A DNA stretch of 64,000 bases from Catajapyx aquilonaris (Eukaryota), in assembly GCA_000934665.2 (NCBI GenBank), contig JYFJ02001795.1, forward strand, positions 1 through 64,000, given 5' to 3'. This document shows, piece after piece, positions 52,415 through 63,730 of this stretch (its first letter is position 1; each line of letters opens with the position of its first letter). A program made the position numbers and the translations under genes. The notes below the pieces were generated by a model. That model worked only from the letters and a program-made list of their open reading frames with translations. It made no database searches and was not told the origin of the DNA.

Positions 52415-52930
52415 TAGTTCATGACGTGCATAATCGGTTAGCTCCTTGTTGATTTGTACGTTCTCTATGCCATAATCGGTCAGTACATTATGTCACAATT
52501 GGTCCTTTCCTCGTGTTATGATCGACCCGTTCCTTATGTAACGACACAAAAACAATTAACGCGAAGAACGAACAAATCATGACGTAAAACCGAACCAATC
52601 ATCACAAACTAATCGTATAAGGAACCCGTTCCTTGTGTTACGATTAGTTCGTTCATTGTGCCATGATCGGTCGGTTCCTTACGTCATGATCGGTCCGTTG
52701 CTTGTGTTACGATTAGCTCGTTCTTTGTGTCAGAATAGGTCTGTTGTGTCATGATTGGTCCGTTCCTTGTCATAATCGGGCCGTTCCTTATATTACGATT
52801 AGTTCGTTCCTTGTGCCATGATTGGTCCGTTCCTTACATTTATGATCGGTACTTTCCTTATGTTACGATAATTTGATGTGTCATGATCGGTCTGTTACTT
52901 GTGTCATGAATGGTTCGTTCCTTGTGTTAT
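52415..52930 (-). repeat. Degenerate, mostly inverted array of the same 23-bp minisatellite
   Basis: GTGTCATGATTGGTCCGTTCCTT-type units; a short forward stretch at 52540-52625. Confidence 0.85.
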
Positions 52931-53754
52931 AATTGCTATGATACGTAAAGTACTGTACTAGTCCTATTTAACCCCATGGGTCTTTCGTTGACGCTCCGTT
53001 TGTGCTGCGGTCGTTCCACGCATCTTATCAACCGTTGTGGTTTGAACCTCTGTTTCATTCCGCTGTCCAATTCTTGCTTCTCTCCCATGCGACCAGTGTT
53101 AACCCTTGACATTTCCAAACTGAAAGAAAAAGGGTTTGGACACTCCATTTCTCCTGATAAATCGTGGCAACCGGGCCCTTTTGACTGGCCACTTTAGAAT
53201 TTCCCTCCTCCTGCCTAGTTTCTAAACATAAAAGGCCGTCTCCTGCTATTGGTTACCCTGGCAGTCCCAAATATAGCTTTGTGAATGGTATTCGACCCGG
53301 GGTGAATACCTCGCTCCACCCCCCCTCCCCTCCAAGGCTCAATAATTTATGTGGAAATCGCAGAGTACAACAAAAAAAAAAATTCGCCAGAGAGAGAAGC
53401 TGGAGTTGCAAGGTCTGCAAAAACTTTGACCTGTTCCGTTCCCTGTTTTATTCATACCCTCTTCTACTGCAAAATCGGGGGAGGGTTTGTTGCACATGTA
53501 ATCTGACCCTCGCATTCTACAGCACAGGGGCTCCAACTGAATAGACACTGCTTAACTATTGATGGGCCTCGCTTCCAATCCAGGGGAGAATGGATGACCT
53601 GCGTTTCCTATCACCTTTCCGGTTACGTTACACGGGACTGTTTACGTAATCAGGAATGGATGACGTCAAATGTACTAGGGGATTGGTCAGTTCGAGTCCA
53701 AAATGGCTGTTCGTTTTGTATTGTGGTCATTTCTGCATTTGGCTTGATCGTTGT

Positions 53755-54485
53755 ATAATCGGTTCGTGTTTGTCAGTTTTATGTCCGTTTTTGTTTCGTT
53801 TTTGGTTGTTTATGTATCGATCTTATTTCACTAACGTTCGTTTTCAGTTCGTTTAGGTTCGTTTCCGTTCCGTTTATGTTTCGTTTATGCTCGTTCTTGT
53901 TTCGTTAATGTTCGTGTTTGGTTTTGTTTCGTTAATGTTCGTGTTTGGTCTTGTTCGTTTTGTTTCGTTTATGATCGTTTGCATTTCGTTAATCGTTTAT
54001 GTTTCGATTTAATTTCTAAAATATTCGTTTTCGTTTATGCTCGTTTGGTTAGTTCTTTTTTCAATAATGTTCGTTTTTGATATTGTTTCGTTAATGTCTG
54101 CTTTTGTTTTCATTTCGTTAATGTTCGTTTTTGTTGGTGTTTGTTTCGTTTCTGATCGTTTTCGTTTCGTTTATCGTTTATATTTCGATTTTATTTCGCA
54201 AATATTCGTTTTCGTTTCGTTTCGGTTTGTTTCCGTTCCGTTTATGCTTCGTTTATGCTCGTTTATGTTTCGTTATTTTTTCGTTAGTCTCTGTTTTAGT
54301 TTTCATTTCGTTAATGTTCGTTTATGATCCTTTACGTTAATCCAAGTTTTCTTTACGGTTGTTTGTGTTTCGTTCTTGTTTCGTTAATGTTTGTTTTCGT
54401 TTCGTTTATGGTCGTTTGTGTTTCGTTTATGCTCCTTCTAGTTTCGTTTTTTTCGTTTTTGTTCGTTTTTGTTCGTTTCGCTTGT
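53755..54485 (+). repeat. (TTCGT/TTTGT)-rich low-complexity tract
   Basis: Repeated GTTTCGTTTATG and GTTTCGTTAATGTTCG. Confidence 0.85.
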
Positions 54486-55282
54486 TTCTATTCCCACTTC
54501 AGTTCCCCAATGTTTCGCGCTCTGGTCCATCCATTCCGCCAGTCATCCCCACCTTTTTTTGTATTCCCCTATTCCCCTTTCAAAAAAAAAAAATCGCCTA
54601 CGTCACACCCTGTCCGGTCAAAGCAGCAGCACTTGTATTCCCTCCAGGCAGCCCTCCGCCTTTCTTACAACGGTCCCTTTCATTTCCGAAGGTAACTCCA
54701 GGGGCTTTCCTGCCAAAAACCCCGCCCGACTCTCTCATTTCCGCCAATTCCAATTCGCGCCCCGACTCTGCCAAAGTCAACCATCTGAATTCAGCATTAG
54801 GGGGACTGGAGGCTGGAACTTGCCCAAAAAGAAGGAAAGAAAAAAAACCGCATCTTAGCCCCCCCACCCCACCCCCATGGAGAGAACTGTGTCTCCATCA
54901 TGGCCTCCGTGACATTGGCGGGCGGGATAAAGATAAGCGGTTGGCTCCCAATTGGTGTTGACTTGTAACCAAAGTCACCCTCCCTTGTCCGATGTCCGAC
55001 CTGAGGGTGGAGAAGAGAAGACGACATGGAAACTGCATTTGGCATCAATCAGGACCCCCACCCTGGCTTCTATGCCCTTTTGGCCCGGCCTCATTAAGGC
55101 TCTTCTCTTCCAAGCGGACCAGAAGCCTCTTCCACCCAACTTGGAACAGGAATCGATTCTGGAAGCTGCGGCAGATTGTCTTTCCTGTGAGACACCCCCG
55201 ATTCTCAAACCGACTTCACACCATTTGCTTCCGACCAGGTCCCAGAACGCGATGTGGCTGAAGAATTGGTGTCGTCGGGGGA

Positions 55283-55700
55283 GACGCGGTCGAAACGCGG
55301 TCAAAACATGGTAGAGCCACGGTCCAGACGTGGTCCATTTACACTTATAAAAGACTTGTGTAAATTTGGCACAATTCTGTCTGTACCTGAAAACTAGACG
55401 CGGTCGAGACGCGGTCCGTGTCGGCCATGTCGCTTTGCCGGACCATGTACGCTTATCAAGTACATCTGTAAATTTGGTACAGTCTGATCCGCGAAATGCT
55501 CCAGACAAGGTCGGTGAACATATTTGAGACGTCTGTGAATTTACCGGAACCTTACAACTAGACGCTGTCGAAACGCGGTCGAGACGTGGTCGAGACACGA
55601 CCCGTTTATACCTCCCTAAGACGTCTGTAAATTAGGCTGTCTGGTAGGTAGGCTTACCTCAAAATTAGACGCGGTCGAGACGCGGTATAGTCGCGATCGA
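55283..55700 (+). repeat. Degenerate repeat built on GACGCGGTCGA
   Basis: CTAGACGCGGTCGAGACGCGGT-like motifs at about 55283, 55394, 55557 and 55666, each paired with CTGTAAATT. Confidence 0.7.
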
Positions 55701-55782
55701 GCCCCGACCAACTCCAAGGGTCGTGATTGGCCGCAGGGTATGACGAACTCACAGCGGTGACGCCAAAATTGTCAGATTCAGC

Positions 55783-56125
55783 CAGCTGTGAAGCTCTTAG
55801 GAGCTCAAGGTGGCTGTTTCAGCACGTGATTATAGCTGTAAGCTTCATGTGGCTGCCTCAGCTCGTAATTATAGCTGCAAGCTTCATGTGGCTGCCTCAG
55901 CTCGTAATTAGCTGTAAGCTTCATGTGGCTGCCTCAGCTCATGATGAGCTGTAAGCGTCAGGTGGCTGTCTCAGCTCATGATTAGCTGTATGTTTCATGT
56001 GGCTGCCTCAGCTCATGATTAGCAGTAAGCTTCAGGTGGCTGCCTCAGCTCATGATTAGCTGTTAAGCTTCAGGTGGCTGTCTAAGCTCATGATTAGCTG
56101 TAAGCTCCAAGTAGCTTCAGCTCAT
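55783..56125 (+). repeat. 37-40-bp minisatellite AGCTGTAAGCTTCATGTGGCTGCCTCAGCTCATGATT (about 8-9 copies)
   Basis: Directly visible. Confidence 0.9.
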
Positions 56126-57419
56126 AACTGACCGGAAAGAGGTCTCTGGGCAATTCATTTGCAAACGCGGCTAAGGACCGCTAGGGACCGAAGAGGTTAA
56201 TGAGCCGTGGCAGCCTCAGTCGGTTTTCCGAGGGTTTCAGAACTGGCCCACCGAAAAGCTAGATTTCTCGCCAGGCTGTTTGCTAATGGGAATTATGCTC
56301 ACCTCTAATCCTCCTCCACCATCGGAAACCCCCTCTCTTTTTTAGCAACCCTTATAGCACTAGGAGGGCCTGGGAATTGCAATGGGCGGAGCTTCCGAAT
56401 AATTACCCAATGGCTCCAAGGAGATTACAAGCCAGACAGTTACGCTGCTTTTTTTTTAAACTCTCTCTAGTTTGTTTACGCCATTTGCGCTTAAACGCAG
56501 CCAGATCACGTTCTCGCTCTAGAGGGAATTGCACGCGCTTAAAAATCGCGAGAAGTCATTTTCCGCTGCGGATGAGCCGCCATATTTATTTGCCACATGG
56601 GACCATAGTCCTTATCTAAACTCTATAATGTATTCAGGTTTAGAATCATAGTGACGTTAGTGACGTAAATCAGGCTCGATCTACTTGATCAAAGAGCAAT
56701 ATTATTACTATCTTAAGTTGGTTACGTCACGTTTGATTCGATTAGCTCAGTTCGGTAGGGTTCATTTTGATAAGGTTCGTTTCGATATGGTTCGTTTCAA
56801 ATTATAGATTCGTTTCGATGGGGTCGTTTCAAGTAGTTCCGCTTTGGTTAGGTGCGATTAGGTTGGTTTATGTTAGGTTAGGTTAGGTTTTGGCGGCCAT
56901 ATTTGATACAGTCAATCCACAGAAGTACAGCAAATTTGACGTCCAAAGCACAAACCTTTTGAATGCATGATGGGATCCGTGCATATGGGCAAAAAGGGTA
57001 GCAGTGATTTACTGGCCGACTGAAGCATTTGGGCAAGAACCCATGGTAAAACATGACTGCTGATTGAAATTGGTTGGGACATGAACCGTTTCGTGACTTG
57101 GGCTTGATTAAGCGCCACCTTGTCCCTGCGCGGCGCTTTTCCCATGGGGCACGTCCTGAAATAAGGTAGTTAATGAGCGCGGTCGAGACTAGTGCTATAC
57201 GGGCGGGCACGAAATCGCCCTGCCATATTACCGGAAGCATCTTCACAAATCCATAGCTTGATAGTCGTTCCGAAGATGCGCTACTTCAGAGCCCACCCTC
57301 AAATATGGCCGATAGTGAGGGCAGGCTCTATCAAAAAACGCCATTTTTTCATATTAGATGACATATTTTATGTAAGATACGTATGCCATAACATGGTGAG
57401 GCCAGTGCAAAAAACAAGT

Positions 57420-58400
57420 GCTATATTAATGGTTATATCCTAAATAGCTATTTAAATCTTCCGCAGTGCATAATAGCTATTTAAATTAGCAACTATGTAT
57501 TGACGGTTAGAAAATTTAACAGCTATATTATTATTTTTATTTATTTTGTATTATTTAAATATTTAGCTATGCAAATAACTATTTAAATCTTAAGGTATGC
57601 ATAATAACTAATAGTATTTAAATTTTCAGTGGTGCGTGCAAGTTATTGAAATTATCTCAGCTATGCATAAAGCTATTTTAATTTCCAGTTATTCGTGTAA
57701 CAGAAATTATTAAATTAACAACTATGCATTAATAGTTAATAATTTAACAGTTGCGGATTTATTAGCTATGCAATTCAACGGTGATGTAATAATAGTTACA
57801 CAATTGAGCAGTTGAATCAATAGCTGTGCAGTTTAGCTATTATAACTTTAGCTGTTAATAGGTCAAAGTATTAATATTTATTCATTTAACAGCTAAACAG
57901 TGTTAATTATTGGCTATACCCTAATTAGCTATTTAAATCTTCATCTACGCATTTAATAGCTATTTAAATTAAGGACTATGTATTAATAGTTAGAAGATTT
58001 AATAGCTGTAGATTTATTAGCTATCTAATTCAACAGTTATGTAATAATGGTTACGCAATTAGACAATGAATCAATAACTATGCAATTTAACGGCAATGTA
58101 ATAGTACACTTAGTTACACAATTTGACAGTGAATCAATAGCTACGCATTTAACGGCTATGTAATAATAGTTACACATTTTGACAATGAATTAATAGGCAT
58201 GAAATTTAACAGTTATGTAATAATAGTTACACATTTTGACAATGAATTAATAGGCATGAAATTTAACAGTTATGTAATAATAGTTACACAATTTAACAAT
58301 GAATCAATAGCTATTCGATTGAACAGTTATGCATTTAGCTCTTAATAAATGAAAGTATCGCTATTTAACAGCTAAAAGTAACGGTTATTTCCATCAATTG
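57420..58400. repeat. AT-rich TAGCTA/TTAACAG degenerate repeat with a 57-bp tandem at 58140-58310
   Basis: Period 58204 to 58261. Confidence 0.8.
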
Positions 58401-58504
58401 CTATTTTCATTCAGGGTTACGCAATCTCTGAAGCCCTATGTTTCCGTCATCACAATAAATCCAGCGATTACTCCACATCGCTGATGATCTCCCAGCATAA
58501 CGAT

Positions 58505-58517
58505 TGACCTTTGACCT
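58505..58517. promoter_or_regulatory. Perfect DR1 nuclear-receptor-type motif TGACCTTTGACCT
   Basis: Exact consensus match inside a unique island; motif match only. Confidence 0.3.
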
Positions 58518-60260
58518 CCTCCCCACAGTTGTCACGCCCCAGTAGTTAAATCCGGAACGAAATATGTTGGCGACAAGCAATACGATGATTGAAAACATTT
58601 GGAGATGAATTTTACTGCCCTCTATACCAAGCGAATAGAGCTCAATCTCTCTTCAAAGTCCCCGGAATTTATGATCCGGGGAGGCATGGGGCAAGGGGCA
58701 GAATCCGGTTCTATTTCTAGTCGCTTTTTAGTGTCTGGCTTAATTAGATGCGAGTTTTTTTTTTTTTGACTGGGACCCCCGCTCCTCTGAGGGCCCCCTT
58801 TTTCTGTGTATCTACCCGGATTCCGAGCCTCCCCGGATTTTCCTTTTGCTGGGCTTATCTCCGGGCCAAGGGTTACACGGAATAGGTTTTGAATAAAACG
58901 CTCGGCCGCTCAATATTAAGGAGGAATTTATAGGATGATCCGGGTATGGGGGGGGACTCCGGTGCATTCTTCCGGAGACCTGATGCGTGCAATGCGGACC
59001 GCTCCCTGCGTGACATATGGCCCCGGTTGCCTTTGGCGCCCCGGAATCGTAAATTGAAGCCACAGGGAGAGTGTGTCTGATTGGCTCAAGAGAGGGAGGT
59101 ATAGTCATCTGCACCGGGTTCCTATATTCAAGCCTTGCCGCGCACATTTCCGGAGGAGTATTGTTCCGGGAGGCTGCGAATGGCCCCCCTGGATTGAATC
59201 GGGGGAGGTTCTTTTTTTTATATTGTTGGCAGGGAGAGCGGGTAATGCATACTTATGACTATGGCTCAGATATGCTCCATTTCGAACCGGTTATGACTTT
59301 GGGGCGTTCTGATTTGTTGAAAGAAATGATTTTTTTTTGTGTGTATAAGTTACATATGTATAAATGATTCGCCATATATGTGTGAGATACAGTACTACGT
59401 TTACAGTCCGGACTTGGGAAATTCCTGGCACCCACTTTTTTCAACCAATCCGGCTCCTGATTAGACCCCCGTCTTGCCTATCCGACACTGCCCATTGGTC
59501 ATTAGCCCTCCCCTCCTTTTCCTCCCCCGTCCTCCTCCCACCAAAACCAACCCAACCAACCTAAATCTCCGCCAAGCAAGCAGTGTCCAACCGCAGCTTT
59601 ATCACCAAGCGCAGGCGATATTAAATTAAAGTCTCCCGTAGTTGTTGTCCGAAGAGCATATATCTTGGACAGCGATACGGGTTATTCTTCATCCGGAAAT
59701 TGGACAGCTTGGGGACTACGCCATCTTATGGGGGGGAGGGGGAAAGTCAGCGGACACAACAAAGCTACAACAATATTAAAAATTGAAAAGTAGTATGGAA
59801 AAGTTTGACTGTAAAAGATGGATCTGACCAAGCGTGACTGTGCGTGACATGGGGGGTGAGGGGTGGGGTTAAAAAAAATTAACCTCAAAATCACAGAAGC
59901 GTACTTGTCTCACCTGGTTAGCGTAATTTTCAACTCATGTTAACGAGAGAAAAAACGGCAAGCGGGCGTGAAATCGAGCGGAAAGCTTGGTTATAGAACC
60001 AGCTGGAATTACTGCGTCTGACTGGAAGGCCTCGGAATCGCTTCGAATGTGAACATGTGCTCGTAACACTGCCTCACACACACATACACGTCATTAATAA
60101 CTAGGGACCGCTGAAAAGTATCCGCTACATACACTGCTTTGAAATCAGCTTGTTTAGAAATCGCTGAAAATTATTACCCTTTTCAGTTAGTATAGTACTA
60201 GCGAACCTACTGTTGAAATATTGGCAAAACTAAGTAGCCACCCAGGACAATCCAAGTACA

Positions 60261-60743
60261 TACAGTGTAACCTGGCTATGTTGGACATTGACTGGACAAG
60301 TTGACGGTTCCAAAGCGTCCAACATTGCCAGGTTGACAGTAGCATGGATTTTCGAAGTTAAAGGTAACTTCGGATATAGTAGACAATAGTCCCACTAAAG
60401 ATGATCCCTGACGTTATTTTAACGACTCTGACGTCAATTTAACGATTTTTAACGTCAATTTAACGACTTTTAACGTCAATTTTACTTCAAGATGTGTAAC
60501 GGCTATTGTACCATTAAGACAGTTTGACGTGAAATTGACGTAAAAGTAGTTCAAATAACGTCCGAGATCATCTGGCGTGTGACTCTGGTCTACTATATCC
60601 GAAGTGGCCTTTAACTCCGAAAATACATGCTAGAGTTGACGGTTACAAAACGTCCAACATAGGCAAGTTGACGGTTCCAAAATGTCCAACATAGGGAGCT
60701 GTCCAACGTATAAGGGTGTCCAACTTCACATGTTTTAACTCTA
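60261..60743. mobile_element. pogo/Tigger-like MITE remnant (TACAGTGTAACCT..., GTCCAAC repeats) hosting a nested MITE
   Basis: AGTTGACGGTTCCAAA.TGTCCAACAT units continue on both sides of the nested insert. Confidence 0.55.
60340..60632. mobile_element. Nested MITE with about 100-bp imperfect TIRs
   Basis: TAGCATGGATTTTCGAAGTTAAAGGTAACTTCGGATATAGTAGAC / GTCTACTATATCCGAAGTGGCCTTTAACTCCGAAAATACATGCTA. Confidence 0.85.
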
Positions 60744-61164
60744 CAAATCTAAATCGTGTTCAATATTTTACACGTAGATCTGGTAACATCTACCTGTCGA
60801 TAGTATACAGTATGTGCTGACACACGTCCACTCTATGTGGCGACTAATTGGTACTATCAGAGTGATACTGTATTGTGTATGTTGGACCCTGCGGACAGTC
60901 GCATGGCCGACCAACCATCCATCTATTTAATTATTTCGGGTTCAGAGCCATGCAATAGTGGGTTATTCATGGCCTAAGACCTCTAGGCGCTGAATTCAAC
61001 GCCGGGCACTGACAGGTGACTTCACTGATTGGTTTATTTCCAGGAAGGTGCGATGACCTGATATGCGCCAATGATTATCCTAGAAGTTGGAGAAGTGAGA
61101 ATATAATTGAAGTATTAAAAGTAATTGTAATTAAATGTTCAATTTTAATTAATGTTTACAATGT

Positions 61165-61423
61165 ACCGAAGCAGGTCGGTGTAGGGGATAAGGAGCCGGC
61201 CTGCTAATCGGGAGGTCCTGGGTTCGAATCCCGGGACCGGCGACCCTGACCATGGTTTTCTGTGGTTTTCCATGGTCCCCTCCAGGACAATTCCGGGGTC
61301 GTTTCCGTAATAGGCCACAGCCGCTTCCATCCTTCCCTATCCCTGGTCCCATCCAATGGTGGTAATCCACCCCCCTAAGGGAGCCAAAGGCTCTAGCACG
61401 GGGTATATGATTTTTTTTTAAAA
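61165..61423 (+). mobile_element. tRNA-derived SINE with a Talua/Lm1-like body
   Basis: tRNA-like head with B-box GGTTCGAATCCC. The body CCTGACCATGGTTTTCTGTGGTTTTCC...CCTCCAGG...TAGGCCACAGCCGCTTCC resembles arthropod Talua/Lm1-type SINEs (from recall, not a search). Degenerate TSD AATGTTTACAATGT (61151) / AATGTTTATCATGT (61424). Confidence 0.85.
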
Positions 61424-62558
61424 AATGTTTATCATGTGAACAAATTGCATATTATTTTAATTTATAAGGGTTCATTCAATTTTATAATTCTACTTTAAAA
61501 TTAATTAATTCTTTATAACGATTTAACCGTCAGAATGTATTGAAATAAATTTTAATATTTAAACACCTATTAAATTTTTTAATTTGCACTAAATTATCCC
61601 CCTTCTTTAACTGTGCAGCCCTGCACCATTCGGAAATCCTGATTGGTCCACAACCTGGCGACATTAGTAGAGCACACGCTGGGCGCCATTTGTAGTCCAT
61701 CTCACTTATTCCGTCCTTTAAGGGCCCGTTATGAACATTCTGCTCCACACGTTAAGAGCACTTATTAGGGGCTCTTAAAGACACCTTTTCCTCTCACAAT
61801 TTTTTTCCTTTACACTGAAAAGAAATTTACTCTCCTCTTAAAGGTTACACAAGAAACCCTATATACGTACGGTACTGGAGCTGAAGGGGACGCAAATGGC
61901 CACTTGACAGACAAGATGTCGCATGCTTTTTTAAAAAAGCTTAGAGAGGACTTGTGGGTATACTGAATCAGTCTGAGTAAAAAAAACTCGAAATTTTTTT
62001 GAGAAATTAAACCGAAGCATATTTGGCGACATCATTGAGACAAATCTCCTCGAAATTCCAAATTTTTGGATTTTATTCTAACCCTATTATTGCGAAAAAA
62101 ATTGCCAAAAAATGGTGCGCATTTATCATATCCCTCCTTCTACGTCGTTACGATTTTTATTCCGTCCCATACATCACTTTTTTTTCTCTCTCTTTTTCTC
62201 CTCCACCCCCTACTCTACCCACCTACCCCTCCAGCTCTGAATATGCCCGTTTGATCTCGCACGAAAACTCTGCGCCAGACCTTGAGATATTGCTTCTCTA
62301 GACGTCTTGGCAGGAATAGAGCATTACGGCTATGTTTTTGCACGAGTTTTTTTTTTTTTGTTCGTGCCAGGCCTCTAGGGTGGGATGAAGGATAGAGGTA
62401 AAGCTAGATCAGCTCTATATGCGCGAAATGCAAAAAAAAAACACTATGAAAAAATTGATAATTTTTAGATATGGTTTTAGGTTGATAGGAGAATGTTGCA
62501 AAAATAAGTTACTTTTGCAACATTTACTATTGATTACTATTGATATAAAACTTATTAT

Positions 62559-63377
62559 TTTGGACACTAAGCTGCTTTTTCTAGCAGCGATTTTTCGGCA
62601 AGCCTAAGGTTAATTGAAATAACTTATTTAGGGACAAAAGTTTAAAGTTTTGTCCCTAAATATATATCTTTCAATTGCTTATTTTAAATATTTATATCTT
62701 TTAAATGCTTATTTTAAATATTTATATCTTTTAATTGCTTATTTTAAATATTTATATCTTTTAATTGCTTATTTTAAATATTTATATCTTTTAAATGCTT
62801 ATTTTAAATATTCATACATTTTAAATGCTTACGGTACATTTTAAATGCTTATTTTAAATATTTATACATTTTTCATGCTGATTTTAAATATTTATACATT
62901 TTACATGCTGATTTTAAATATTTATACATTTTTCATGCTGATTTTAAATATTTATACATTTTACATGCTGATTTTAAATATTTATACATTTTGCATGCTG
63001 ATTTTAAATATTTATACATTTTACATGCTTATTTTAAATATTTATACATTTTTCATGCTTATTTTAAATATTTATACATTTTACATGCTGATTTTAAATA
63101 TTTATACATTTTACATGCTGATTTTAAATATTTATACATTTTACATGCTGATTTTAAATATTTATACATTTTACATGCTGATTTTAAATATTTATACATT
63201 TTACATGCTTATTTTAAATATTTATACATTTTACATGCTTATTTTAAATATTTATTTCTTAATATAATATTATATAAATATTATTTAGGGACAAAACTAA
63301 CCCCTTTGTCCCCAAATAATAGTCATTTCAATTAACCTTTCTAATAATAGCTACTAGAAAAGCAGATAGTGTCCAAA
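62559..63377. mobile_element. Foldback element with about 105-bp TIRs and an internal 30-bp array (ATTTTAAATATTTATACATTTTACATGCTG, about 19-20 copies)
   Basis: TTTGGACACTAAGCTGCTTTTTCTAG...GGGACAAAA vs TTTGTCCCC...CTAGAAAAGCAGATAGTGTCCAAA. Confidence 0.85.
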
Positions 63378-63378
63378 T

Positions 63379-63730
63379 TTTGGACACTAAGCTGCTTTTT
63401 CTAGCCCTATTCTTAGGAAAGCCTATACGCGGTTAATTGAAATAACTATTATTTGGGGGACAAAAGTTTTAGTTTTATCCCTAAATAATATTTCTTTTAA
63501 ATGTTAAATTTATGTATTTTTTTCTTTTAAATGTTAAATTTATGTATTTTTTTCTTTTAAATGTTCATTTGAAATATTTTAAAATGTTTATTTTAGATAT
63601 TCATTTATTTATATAATATATAATATGAATAAATATTTAAGGACAAACTAACACTTTTGTCCCCAAATAATGGCTATTTCAACTAACATTTCTAATAATA
63701 GCTACTAGAAAAGCAGATATAGTGTCCAAA
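63379..63730. mobile_element. Second, tandem copy of the foldback element with a short interior
   Basis: Same TIRs as 62559-63377; junction GTGTCCAAATTTTGGACAC. Confidence 0.85.

Noticed and set aside
54037..55598. Cluster of 90-207-aa ORFs
   Set aside because: They overlap in several frames and strands, start in or cross TTCGT and GACGCGGTC repeats, and show no recognisable domain.
61168..61245. Possible tRNA (GCT anticodon-like loop)
   Set aside because: It is the SINE head; the acceptor stem does not form.
1816..63250. Satellite unit lengths near multiples of 10 bp (helical phasing)
   Set aside because: Units of 10, 20, 30, 40 and 60 bp occur, but so do 23, 27, 28, 33, 34, 37 and 57 bp; there is no convincing bias in this sample.
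62845..63335. 140-aa and 114-aa ORFs with (MLILNIYTFY)n and (HADFKYLYIL)n
   Set aside because: Stop-free reading of a 30-bp satellite inside a foldback element; no coding signature.
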